Below, in pieces: positions 25,909 to 34,581 of a stretch of 38,356 bases of DNA. Positions within the stretch are counted from its first letter, which is position 1. Every line of letters starts with the position of its first letter. This DNA comes from Acidobacteriota bacterium (lineage in GTDB: Bacteria; Acidobacteriota; UBA6911; RPQK01; JADFOI01). The translations under genes and the position numbers were made by a program. The stretch spans positions 1-38,356 of the forward strand of contig JAZFRU010000208.1 of the NCBI GenBank assembly GCA_036445815.1. The letters run 5' to 3'. The notes below the pieces were generated by a model, which saw only the letters and a program-made list of their open reading frames with translations, was not told the origin of the DNA and did no database searches.

Positions 25909-26193
25909 TTGATGTGGAAAGAAGGCTGGCGTCAGGCTGAAAGGCCTGATGCATCTGAGATCCCCGAGCCGTATGCTCTTTGGCCGGGAGGCACCGACCG
26001 CCTGGTCGTGGTCTATTTTGTAGCGGTTATCCTTGTTTCCTATCTCGGCCTTCGATTCCTGGGCACCCGGTCTGTGTTGGTGGGAGGGCTTCCCGTCTTG
26101 ATGCTGGTGACGATGATAATCTCACTCCTGTTTGTGGTGGGATTGTGGCTGCTTGCCTATCGATCCAGGGGCGGCGGGCAGCCAAGGCCATGA
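25909..26193 (+). CDS. Small two-TM membrane protein, likely accessory subunit of the downstream symporter (DUF3311-like)
   Basis: 94 aa or less, with two hydrophobic helices (LVVVYFVAVILVSYLGL; LPVLMLVTMIISLLFVVGLWLLAY). Its TGA stop (26191-26193) overlaps the symporter ATG (26190-26192). Confidence 0.55.
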   Translation: MMWKEGWRQAERPDASEIPEPYALWPGGTDRLVVVYFVAVILVSYLGLRFLGTRSVLVGGLPVLMLVTMIISLLFVVGLWLLAYRSRGGGQPRP

Positions 26194-27731
26194 GTTCCCT
26201 CTTCATTCTGCAAATTATCCCGCCCGGCCTGGCCGAAGATGCGTCGTCTCACCTCTCGCAGACACTTACGGTTCTCGCGGCCTACCTGGTGGTGCTGGGA
26301 GTGATCTCCTACCTGGCCAGAAGTCGATACACTGGCGAGTTTTCCGACTATGTGACCGCTTCCAGAAGTCTGGGCTGGGTGGTGACGACACTGACCATCC
26401 TGGCGACCATCTGGAGCGGAGTGGCTCTGGCCGGATTTCCCGGATCGGTTTACGCTCTCGGGGCTCCCTTCATGACCTCCGTTATTTTGGGCCTCTGCAC
26501 GTCGGCACCCTTGATCTGGTTTTTCGGGCGTCGGATATGGATCCTGGGACAGGAGCACGACTTCATCACGCCGGGAGATTTGCTGGGGGGGTACTATCAG
26601 AGCGACACGGTGCGAGTGTATACGGTGATCGCCAGCCTGGTTTTCAACCTGGCCTACACGGTCGCCCAACTGCTGGCTGGAGGAATTCTGCTCAACGTCC
26701 TTTCAGCCGGAGCCATCTCTTTTGACGGGGGCATGGTAATCATTGCCGTCGTGGTGTTGGTCCACGTCACGACCACCGGGATCCGCGGCATTGCCTGGCT
26801 GGACACCTTCAACGGCACTCTGATCCTGGTGATCCTGGCGGTGTTTTCCGTCTATATCATCCGGAGTGCTGGTGGAATGATCCACGTGTTTACGGGTCTG
26901 GGTCGACTGCAGACCCTGCACACCTCCCTTCCTGGAACATCGGGTATTTTTACTCCCCTGCAGACGCTCGTATTCGGTGCGGTCTTTGTTTCGGGAACCG
27001 CCGTGGTTTCTCCGGCTGTGTGGGTCAGAATGTACGCCATTCGGAAAAAAGAGGAGCTGTTCCGGGTGTCGGTCGCCTTCCTGGTGTTGATGACGCTGAT
27101 TCACGTGTTCGGGACCTACTTCATTGGAACCTATGCCCGGGTGGTTTTTCCGGATATTGAAAATCCCGACTTCGTTTCTTCGCTTCTGGCCTTTGACCTG
27201 ATGCCTTTTGGGGTCGCCGCTTTGTTTCTCGTGGCGGTTCTGGCCGCCATTATCTCAACCACCGATTCCTATCTGCACGTCTTGGCCGTCACCGTTGTGC
27301 GAGATCTGGTTCGAGCCGTTTTTATGCCGGAAATGAAGAAGGCTCGTGAATTGAACCTCAACTACCTGGTCATCACACTGGCGGCCGGGTTGAGCGTGGT
27401 GCTGGCCTTGTTGTACCCGGGGTTCATTACCCCTTTGGCGGTGGTGGCGGGAGGCCTCACGATCCAGCTGTTTCCTTTGCTTTTCGGTGCCGTGGTCTGG
27501 CCTCGTGCATCCACGGAGGCTGCCATCATTGCGCCTTTGGGAGGTGTCTTTACTCTGGTGGGAGTTCGACTGAATCTCTTCTCCGATCCCTTTTCCTCGC
27601 CGATGCTCCCCGGAATTGTCGCCTCTTTGTGCGTGAATTTCTTTCTCTTCGTCCTGATTAGCTATTTCACCAGACCTCAGCCTCTTGAGAGGATTGAAGC
27701 CTTCCACGGAGTGATTCGCAAGAACTTGTGA
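26190..27731 (+). CDS. Sodium:solute symporter (SSS) family transporter
   Basis: 513 aa from the internal ATG 26190, with about 12-13 hydrophobic segments and SSS-like blocks (GWVVTTLTILATIWSG, GIRGIAWLDTFNG). The 25980-26189 part of the track ORF overlaps the small ORF in another frame. Confidence 0.8.
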   Translation: MSSLFILQIIPPGLAEDASSHLSQTLTVLAAYLVVLGVISYLARSRYTGEFSDYVTASRSLGWVVTTLTILATIWSGVALAGFPGSVYALGAPFMTSVILGLCTSAPLIWFFGRRIWILGQEHDFITPGDLLGGYYQSDTVRVYTVIASLVFNLAYTVAQLLAGGILLNVLSAGAISFDGGMVIIAVVVLVHVTTTGIRGIAWLDTFNGTLILVILAVFSVYIIRSAGGMIHVFTGLGRLQTLHTSLPGTSGIFTPLQTLVFGAVFVSGTAVVSPAVWVRMYAIRKKEELFRVSVAFLVLMTLIHVFGTYFIGTYARVVFPDIENPDFVSSLLAFDLMPFGVAALFLVAVLAAIISTTDSYLHVLAVTVVRDLVRAVFMPEMKKARELNLNYLVITLAAGLSVVLALLYPGFITPLAVVAGGLTIQLFPLLFGAVVWPRASTEAAIIAPLGGVFTLVGVRLNLFSDPFSSPMLPGIVASLCVNFFLFVLISYFTRPQPLERIEAFHGVIRKNL

Positions 27732-27853
27732 AGTGAGTTGAAGATCCAGTTTGTAGGATTCTATCGGAGCTATGCTCAAGATTGCCTTTGATCTCCTGGC
27801 TGACTTATCATGACCCTATAATTCCCATTCTGGATTGCCGCGAAGGAGCAGAC

Positions 27854-29215
27854 ATGCACAGTCAGTTGTTATCGAGAAGTTTCCGTCTCAGGACAGGCCT
27901 CCGATGGTCTCTTCTGGCAGGTTTAATAGGTTTTCTGGGACAAGGACAATCGATGGGGCTGCCCCAGGAGAGTTCTGACGGGATCTACACGGCGGAACAG
28001 GCAAGGCGGGGCCGGGAGATCTATGCGGCTCGATGTGCCGTTTGTCACGCCGAGAATCTGATGGGAGCCACCGCTTCACCGGTGGTTGGACCCCAGTTCG
28101 TCCAGAAATGGGGAGGTGTTCCTGAGAGCGCGGACAATAGGGAATGGCAGGGATTCAAGGTCGATGAACTGTTCTTTGCCATTCGTACCACTATGCCGCC
28201 CGGTGAGAGGGGGCTCATGACGCTCCAAGAGCAGGTGGCGGTATTGACCTACGTTCTCCAGCAGAACGGATTTCCGGAAGGTCTCCAGGCCCTTGAAGCC
28301 GGTGCCCGTAGTTTCAAGAGAACCGACTTGCCGTTCAAGCCTGTCGTGACCGAGGTCGTTCCCGCAGTGGCGGCCAGGATTGAGAAGCGACAACTGGTGT
28401 GGGTCGATCGCCAGGGAAAACAAGAAATACTGGCGGCTCCGGTGCGGCACTACTACCTGCCCAGGCTCTCCCCTGACGGCCGGCAGATAGCGGTGGAGGT
28501 ACACCAGGACAAACCTGACATCTGGATCTTTGATATCTCCACCGGCGACCTGAAGCGAGTCACTCATGAAGGCGGGAATCGATTCCCTTTGTGGAGTCCC
28601 GATGGACAAAGGATACTGTTCAGTTCCGACCGGCACCAGAAAGTCGCTGAGGGATTCTTTGTCGACCATGATGTCTACTGGAAGGCTGCAGACGGCAGTG
28701 GGGAAGCGGAGCGCCTGACCTTTGGAGAACACAAACATGGTCCACAGAAATTCACCCCGGATGGGAAGACCCTGTCCTTTTATGAAATTCACCCGAAAAC
28801 CTATCGAGATATCTGGATGCTTCCTTTCGAAGGGGATCGAAAACCCTGGCCCTTTCTTACGACCCCTCACCTGGAGGGAGGGATTGCCTTTTCACAGGAC
28901 GGGCGCTGGATGGTTCACACCTCCAAGGAGACGGGCCGATATGAGATCGTCATTCGGGCCTTTCCCGACTCGGCACAGGTACGACAGATCACCACCGAGG
29001 GAGGAGTCGAAGTCCTGTGGCCACTCGGGAGTCCGGAAGTATTTTACCGCAACGGAAATCAACGGATGGCAGTGGAGATTACCCCTGGGCCCGTTGTCAA
29101 GATCGGAACTCCTCGAGTCTTGTTCGAGGGTGATTTTGTGAGCAGCCCCGGATCCCGGGCCAACTGGGATAGCCTGGATGGTGGACGGTTTTTGCTCGTC
29201 AAGAGAGTGGAATAG
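27854..29215 (+). CDS. Periplasmic cytochrome c domain fused to TolB-like (PD40) beta-propeller
   Basis: It has a GAAGGAG SD and a signal-like N-terminus. The heme motif CAVCH is at 28034-28048, with a downstream TTMPPG Met ligand candidate. There are at least four PD40-type blades (LSPDGRQIAV, WSPDGQRILFSSDR, FTPDGKTLSF, FSQDGRWMVHTS). Confidence 0.8.
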   Translation: MHSQLLSRSFRLRTGLRWSLLAGLIGFLGQGQSMGLPQESSDGIYTAEQARRGREIYAARCAVCHAENLMGATASPVVGPQFVQKWGGVPESADNREWQGFKVDELFFAIRTTMPPGERGLMTLQEQVAVLTYVLQQNGFPEGLQALEAGARSFKRTDLPFKPVVTEVVPAVAARIEKRQLVWVDRQGKQEILAAPVRHYYLPRLSPDGRQIAVEVHQDKPDIWIFDISTGDLKRVTHEGGNRFPLWSPDGQRILFSSDRHQKVAEGFFVDHDVYWKAADGSGEAERLTFGEHKHGPQKFTPDGKTLSFYEIHPKTYRDIWMLPFEGDRKPWPFLTTPHLEGGIAFSQDGRWMVHTSKETGRYEIVIRAFPDSAQVRQITTEGGVEVLWPLGSPEVFYRNGNQRMAVEITPGPVVKIGTPRVLFEGDFVSSPGSRANWDSLDGGRFLLVKRVE

Positions 29216-29263
29216 CTGGGGCCGGAGGGGCGGGGGATCGGGTGACCCCCCTGACCTCAATCT

Positions 29264-31066
29264 TTACTGGGAGCCAAAATCCGAGGGTTGAGTCGCAGCG
29301 CTGGTGGAAGGTTCTTCGCTGGTGATCAGCCTGCGGGGAGCCATCTGGCCTAGCAGGTCGTTGGTATTGCGGCAAAGATCCTCGGCAAGCACTCGCAAAG
29401 GTTTGGCGTGGAACCCCCCTTGGAGCCTCATGACAGCTGACCTGGCGTCTTTGAGGCGCGACACCGATTCGCCGCCGCGGTGTTCTATTCTCAAGAGTCC
29501 CGGTTGTTGAAAGATATTCAATTCAGAAGCGATCCTGGTCCAGGCCGCCAGGGGAAGCGTCCCCCAGCCCTTGAGTCGCTCCTTTAGAGGCAGCTGGCCT
29601 AATTCGTCGCGGATTTCATGAAACAGCTGACGGGCTAGCTCCCGGCTTTCAGGGGTCGGACCTACCAGCATGGCCGGATAAATTCCAGGTATGGCTGCGA
29701 CGACCTCTTTCCACAATTTGTCGGCCCGTGCTTGCAGCAGAGGTTTGGGTGAATGGCGCAGGTTCTTGTACCCCTCGAACCATACCCGTATCAACCGCAC
29801 CAGCGAAGGTCCCAGCCTCCGGTAGTCCTGACGGTACAATTCTTTTTGCAGGGTCTCCAATTCCAGGGCTTCAAAGTGAGGATGTTTGAAATGCATGGCA
29901 AACCCGTCCCAACGTCGGAGATCGGGATTCTCCTGGTACTCCGGCAAATAGCTCCCTTGCTCCACCATCTGTTTGTGAAAGGGCGTACCTGGAAAGGCAA
30001 AATAAATAAGAATCTGTGTCAGAGAGGGCCCAAGGGTCATGAGTCGATCAAATTCCTTGGTGATCTGGGCACGGTCCTGGTAGGGGAAGCCGATAATCAT
30101 CGAAGAAAGAAGAGCCACGCCGCGAGCTTTGAGTGACGTGTAGAGTTCCTCCAGGGACTTGCCCTTGAGCTTGCGATAGCCTGATTCCGTACCCTCGTAC
30201 GCCGTCCAGATGGTTCCGAAACCCATTTCGGCAATTTCATCAGCGGTAAACTGGGAAAGACCGCGAATACTGCCAAACCCCATGATATTAAGGGGTTTTC
30301 CACCTTCCCGCACGCATTCAAGAAACTCCTGGGCCCGTCTTTTATAAAGAAAGAAGTCTTCGTCGATGAGAATCACACCACTGAGTTCGTCTCCATGCTC
30401 CGCCGCCTGGCGCTCCATCGAACGAATCTGTTGGTAGATCTCTCGTCCGGTTTTAAGGTAAGGGACATATTTTCGTTTGAAGAAGTGAGAAGTACAGCAA
30501 AAGTCGCAACCATTGGGGCAACCCAGTCCCGCCGTCAGATGGGCAACCTGGGCGTTTTGTTGGTAGGAGTACATCCGAATGGAGGGGATGGGCGCATAGG
30601 GGTGCCTGACCGGGTGGTCCCCGGACTCTCCCAAAAGACGCTGCATGAAGCCTATCCCTTCCTCTCGACAGATGTGATCAGAGAATGGTCTCAGTATTTC
30701 ATCCGGCAAAACAGTACCGTAGCCGCCGAGGATGATCTTTGCATTGGGGGCGTATTTCTGAATGATCTTGAACATGCGACGAACCTTGTGGAACGTCGCG
30801 ACAACGAAGTTGATTCCGACATAGTCGTAGGGGGTGCTCCGGAGTTCACGAATCAACTCCTTTTCCGAGGGGTAATGGAGAACCACGCATGGAGCTTCGA
30901 TGTTTTCGGCCAAATAGTCGATGGCCCAGCAGCGAATCACCTGACGCAGGCTGAAGATACCCTGAGCTCGAGTGACCTGAGCGTGAAAGAGTTCAGCGCC
31001 GACCGAATCGCCTTCCCCCGGTCCCCCAAAGGGTCTGATTACCGACGTCAAAAGTACTTTTTTCAT
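29264..31066 (-). CDS. B12-binding-domain radical SAM protein (class B) with long C-terminal extension
   Basis: The Rossmann-like N domain is DYVGINFVVATF...AKIILGGYG. The CX3CX2C cluster motif GCPNGCDFCC is encoded at 30497-30520. The C-terminal region of about 200 aa follows the barrel. The start is set at ATG 31066; TTG 31084 is also possible. Confidence 0.8.
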   Translation of the reverse strand: MKKVLLTSVIRPFGGPGEGDSVGAELFHAQVTRAQGIFSLRQVIRCWAIDYLAENIEAPCVVLHYPSEKELIRELRSTPYDYVGINFVVATFHKVRRMFKIIQKYAPNAKIILGGYGTVLPDEILRPFSDHICREEGIGFMQRLLGESGDHPVRHPYAPIPSIRMYSYQQNAQVAHLTAGLGCPNGCDFCCTSHFFKRKYVPYLKTGREIYQQIRSMERQAAEHGDELSGVILIDEDFFLYKRRAQEFLECVREGGKPLNIMGFGSIRGLSQFTADEIAEMGFGTIWTAYEGTESGYRKLKGKSLEELYTSLKARGVALLSSMIIGFPYQDRAQITKEFDRLMTLGPSLTQILIYFAFPGTPFHKQMVEQGSYLPEYQENPDLRRWDGFAMHFKHPHFEALELETLQKELYRQDYRRLGPSLVRLIRVWFEGYKNLRHSPKPLLQARADKLWKEVVAAIPGIYPAMLVGPTPESRELARQLFHEIRDELGQLPLKERLKGWGTLPLAAWTRIASELNIFQQPGLLRIEHRGGESVSRLKDARSAVMRLQGGFHAKPLRVLAEDLCRNTNDLLGQMAPRRLITSEEPSTSAATQPSDFGSQ

Positions 31067-31156
31067 TGATTCATCATCCTCCAAAAAACCTTCCTCTAAA
31101 TTAAAGATAAGCTGATCCCCGATTCAGAGGTAAGCCGGGTGCATGGACAGTCAAAG

Positions 31157-31624
31157 CTATTCATTGTCGTAGAGGGTCTTGAAGCTGACGATCTCATAGT
31201 TCTTCACGCCCCCGGGAGTTCGAATCTCGACCGAATCTCCGTCTTCGTGGCCCATGAGACTCTTGCCTATAGGTGAAACGGTGGAGATCAGTCCCTTGCT
31301 CACATCGGACTCTTCGCTGCTGACCAGTCGATAGGTGACTTTTCGATCCGAGTCCAGGTCCGCCAGTACCACTGTTGAACCATAGGAGATCTTGTCGGTG
31401 GGAATCTTGCTGAGATCGACCAGAGAGAGCTTGGCGAGTCGTGTATGAAGGTATGACAGTTGTGCCTGGACCAGAGACTGTCGTTCCTTGGCCGTCTGGT
31501 ATTCGGCGTTCTCACTTAAATCTCCCAGTTCTATAGCCTTGGTCAGGGCCTTGGGGAGCTCGTCCTTCAACTCACGCTCCAGTTTCTTGATTTCCGTTTC
31601 CAGTTTCTTTTTAGCCTCTTTCAA
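31157..31624 (-). CDS. greA: Transcription elongation factor GreA
   Basis: 155 aa with an N-terminal coiled coil carrying GDLSENAEY and a C-terminal FKBP-like domain (ISTVSPIGKSLMGHEDGDSVEIRTPGG). The TTG start overlaps the nuoN TGA stop (TTGA). Confidence 0.85.
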   Translation of the reverse strand: MKEAKKKLETEIKKLERELKDELPKALTKAIELGDLSENAEYQTAKERQSLVQAQLSYLHTRLAKLSLVDLSKIPTDKISYGSTVVLADLDSDRKVTYRLVSSEESDVSKGLISTVSPIGKSLMGHEDGDSVEIRTPGGVKNYEIVSFKTLYDNE

Positions 31625-33051
31625 AAACTCACCGCCTTGCTGGCCAATTGAAGAAAGGTCTCGGGTAAAATCCCCAGATAGAGGGTTCCCAGGACCATGA
31701 TGGTGATGACAATTCGCAACGACAAGGGAATCGTAAGCAGGACCTCATCTCCATGAAAATCACCCATGTACATTAATACGATAACCCTCAAGTAGTAATA
31801 AATGCCAGCCGCTGAAGCGAGAATAGCCAGAAAGACCAGCCCGTACATCTCACTTTCCACGGCGGCGGCAAAGAGAAAGAATTTCCCCATGAATCCGGCG
31901 GTGGCCGGAATTCCAGCCAGCGAGAGCAGGAACACCGACAGCGTGACGCTTAAAAACGGATATCGGTAACCAATACCACTGAAGTCTTCGATCTGGACGT
32001 GCTGTTCGTTGTGCCGCCCGACGATCTGAACAACGGTAAAGGCTCCCAGCGTCATGAAGGTATAGGCCGTCAGGTAGTAGAGGATGCCCTGGGTCCCGAG
32101 TTCGCTGTGGGCGGCCAGTCCCAGCATGAGATATCCGGCGTGGGCGATAGAGGAGTAGGCCAGCATGCGTTTGACGTTGGTCTGGGTCAAGGCGGCGATG
32201 TTTCCGATCATCATGGTCAGGACGGCCGAAACCCACAGGAGAACCTTCCACTCCGGGTTCAGTTCGGGGAAAACCTGCAAGAGAATACGTGCCAGGGCCA
32301 CGACAGCCGCTGCCTTGGAGCCCACTGCCAGATGAGCCGTGACAGGGAGGGGAGCACCCTCGTACACATCAGGGGCCCAGACATGAAAAGGTGCCAGGGC
32401 AACCTTGAACCCGAAACCGACCAGCATGAGTCCCAGTCCCAGCAACAGAATGAGGGGTTCCGATTCCGAGGTCTGGATGGCCTGGGCTATGGCCAGGTAT
32501 TGAGTCGATCCCGTCGCTCCGTAGACAAAGGCGATTCCATAAAGCAGAAACCCTGTGGAAAAGGCACCCAGCAGAAAGTATTTGATGGCCGATTCATTCG
32601 ATCGTCGTTCACTCTCCTTGAATCCTGCCAACACATAGGTTGAAATGGAGAGGACCTCCAGACCCAGAAAGGTCACGATCAAGTCAGCGCTGGCCGCCAT
32701 CAGGGACATGCCCACGGTGGCAAAAAGAAGCAGGGAATAGAACTCCCCCTCGGCTCTACTCTCCTGGCTCAGATAGTTCATGGCGATCAGGACAATGGCG
32801 GCTGCAGCAAATAAAAACAGTCCCTTGCAGAACTGTGCGAAGGGATCCTGAAAGACCATCTCGAAGAAAGCCAATCCGGTCTGGTTCCAATCCAGAAGGA
32901 GGGCCAGGAAGGCCAGGATAATTCCTGCCAGAGCTAGATAGGCCAGGTTTGCCTGTCGTTCCCTGGAGACAAACGGGATGACCAGCATGATCACAATGCC
33001 CGTCAGGGAAAGGATGATTTCCGGCAGCAGTGCCGAGTAATTAAGGTCCAC
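31621..33051 (-). CDS. nuoN: NADH-quinone oxidoreductase subunit N
   Basis: 476 aa, polytopic, antiporter-like. It has NuoN-type blocks (LEVLSISTYVLAGF, KYFLLGAFSTGFLLYG) and is last in the J-K-L-M-N order. Confidence 0.88.
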   Translation of the reverse strand: MDLNYSALLPEIILSLTGIVIMLVIPFVSRERQANLAYLALAGIILAFLALLLDWNQTGLAFFEMVFQDPFAQFCKGLFLFAAAAIVLIAMNYLSQESRAEGEFYSLLLFATVGMSLMAASADLIVTFLGLEVLSISTYVLAGFKESERRSNESAIKYFLLGAFSTGFLLYGIAFVYGATGSTQYLAIAQAIQTSESEPLILLLGLGLMLVGFGFKVALAPFHVWAPDVYEGAPLPVTAHLAVGSKAAAVVALARILLQVFPELNPEWKVLLWVSAVLTMMIGNIAALTQTNVKRMLAYSSIAHAGYLMLGLAAHSELGTQGILYYLTAYTFMTLGAFTVVQIVGRHNEQHVQIEDFSGIGYRYPFLSVTLSVFLLSLAGIPATAGFMGKFFLFAAAVESEMYGLVFLAILASAAGIYYYLRVIVLMYMGDFHGDEVLLTIPLSLRIVITIMVLGTLYLGILPETFLQLASKAVSF

Positions 33052-34579
33052 GGTACTCCACTCGATAAACTGTCGCGGGTTGAACCTGCTCGATACGATC
33101 CACTACCTTTTGAATTGAGGCGTCCATTGGGCGAAGAAAGGTACTGGGGTACAGTCCCATCCACAGGGCCAGGATGACCAGGGGCACCAGGATTACGCCT
33201 TCGCGGAGGCTTAAATCGCCCAGAGTACGATTTGCTTCATGGTTCATGGTTCCCAGGAACACTCTTTGATACATCCACAGCATATAGATGGCCGAGAGAA
33301 TGATGCCGAAAGCCGCCAAGACCGCGTAGCCGGCATTGGCCAGAAAGGCGCCTTGTAGAATGAGAAATTCTCCCACGAATCCATTGAGTCCGGGCAGGCC
33401 TATGCTGCTTAACAAGAACACCATGAAGAATGCAGCGTAGCGAGGCATGACATGGGCCAAGCCTCCGAAGTCCTGAATCAGGTGACTGTGACGACGATCG
33501 TAGATCATTCCGACCAGCAGGAAAAGGGCTCCGGTGGAGAGTCCGTGGCTGAGCATCTGGAAAGTGGCACCTTCGAGGGACTGGAGATTGAAGGAAAAGA
33601 TGCCCAACACTACGAAGCCCAGATGACTGACCGAAGAATAAGCAACCAGTTTCTTGACATCGGTCTGCACCATGGCAACCAACGCTCCGTACAGGATTCC
33701 CACCAGGGCAAGACCGCAAATCAGCGGCGCCAATTGAACAGAGGCGTTGGGAAACAAAGGCAGGCAGAACCGCAGCAGCCCGTAGGTTCCCATCTTGAGG
33801 AGAACCCCGGCCAGGATCACCGAGCCGGCAGTGGGAGCCTCAACATGGGCATCGGGAAGCCAGGTGTGAAAAGGAAAAATCGGAACCTTGACGGCGAAGG
33901 CGATGAAGAAGGCCAGAAATAGAAGCAGTTCTGCCTGAGGTGACAGGACCATCTCGCCAGAGGAAAGTCGGTTGGTGATTTGTACCAGGTCAAAGTCTTG
34001 GGCATTGTTGAAAAAGTAAAGCGCGATGATGGCTCCCAGCATGAGCAGGGATGCGGCCATGGTGTAGAGAAAGAACTTCACCGCTGCATAAATACGACGC
34101 TCGCCTCCCCACACCCCGATCAGAAAATACATGGGAATCAGCATCACTTCCCAAAATGCATAAAAGAGAACCAAGTCGAGTGAGATGAAGACTCCGATCA
34201 TGCCGACTTCCAAAAGCAGCATGAAAAACAGGTAGGATCGGATCTTTTCCTTGACAGTCCAGCTGGCCAGGATGGCCAGAGGCATTAGAAAAGTCGTCAG
34301 GATGACCAGGAACAAGCTGATCCCGTCAATTCCCAGGTGATAGTGAACGTGAAGGTTCCCCACATCGAACCAGGAGGCGTTCTGGACGAATTGCATGGTG
34401 TCCAGTTGAGGTTGAAACTGCTCGACCAGCAGCAGGGAGTAACCAAAGGCAATGACGGTGATCAACAGGGCCACTCCCTTGAGAGTCCGGTTTCTCGAGT
34501 CGGGGAGAAGGGCGATCACCATACTCCCGATCGCCGGGATCAACAAAAGAATTGTCAGCTGTGGTTCGATTCCATCCAT
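33041..34579 (-). CDS. nuoM: NADH-quinone oxidoreductase subunit M
   Basis: 512 aa with NuoM blocks (LGIDGISLFLVILTTFLMPL, HTWLPDAHVEAPTAGSVILAG). Confidence 0.9.
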   Translation of the reverse strand: MDGIEPQLTILLLIPAIGSMVIALLPDSRNRTLKGVALLITVIAFGYSLLLVEQFQPQLDTMQFVQNASWFDVGNLHVHYHLGIDGISLFLVILTTFLMPLAILASWTVKEKIRSYLFFMLLLEVGMIGVFISLDLVLFYAFWEVMLIPMYFLIGVWGGERRIYAAVKFFLYTMAASLLMLGAIIALYFFNNAQDFDLVQITNRLSSGEMVLSPQAELLLFLAFFIAFAVKVPIFPFHTWLPDAHVEAPTAGSVILAGVLLKMGTYGLLRFCLPLFPNASVQLAPLICGLALVGILYGALVAMVQTDVKKLVAYSSVSHLGFVVLGIFSFNLQSLEGATFQMLSHGLSTGALFLLVGMIYDRRHSHLIQDFGGLAHVMPRYAAFFMVFLLSSIGLPGLNGFVGEFLILQGAFLANAGYAVLAAFGIILSAIYMLWMYQRVFLGTMNHEANRTLGDLSLREGVILVPLVILALWMGLYPSTFLRPMDASIQKVVDRIEQVQPATVYRVEYRGP

Positions 34580-34581
34580 GG

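Noticed and set aside
31205-31232. tRNA T-arm-like string GGGAGTTCGAATCTCG
   Set aside because: The flanks do not form a T stem or an acceptor stem. The string lies inside the well-supported greA CDS on the opposite strand.
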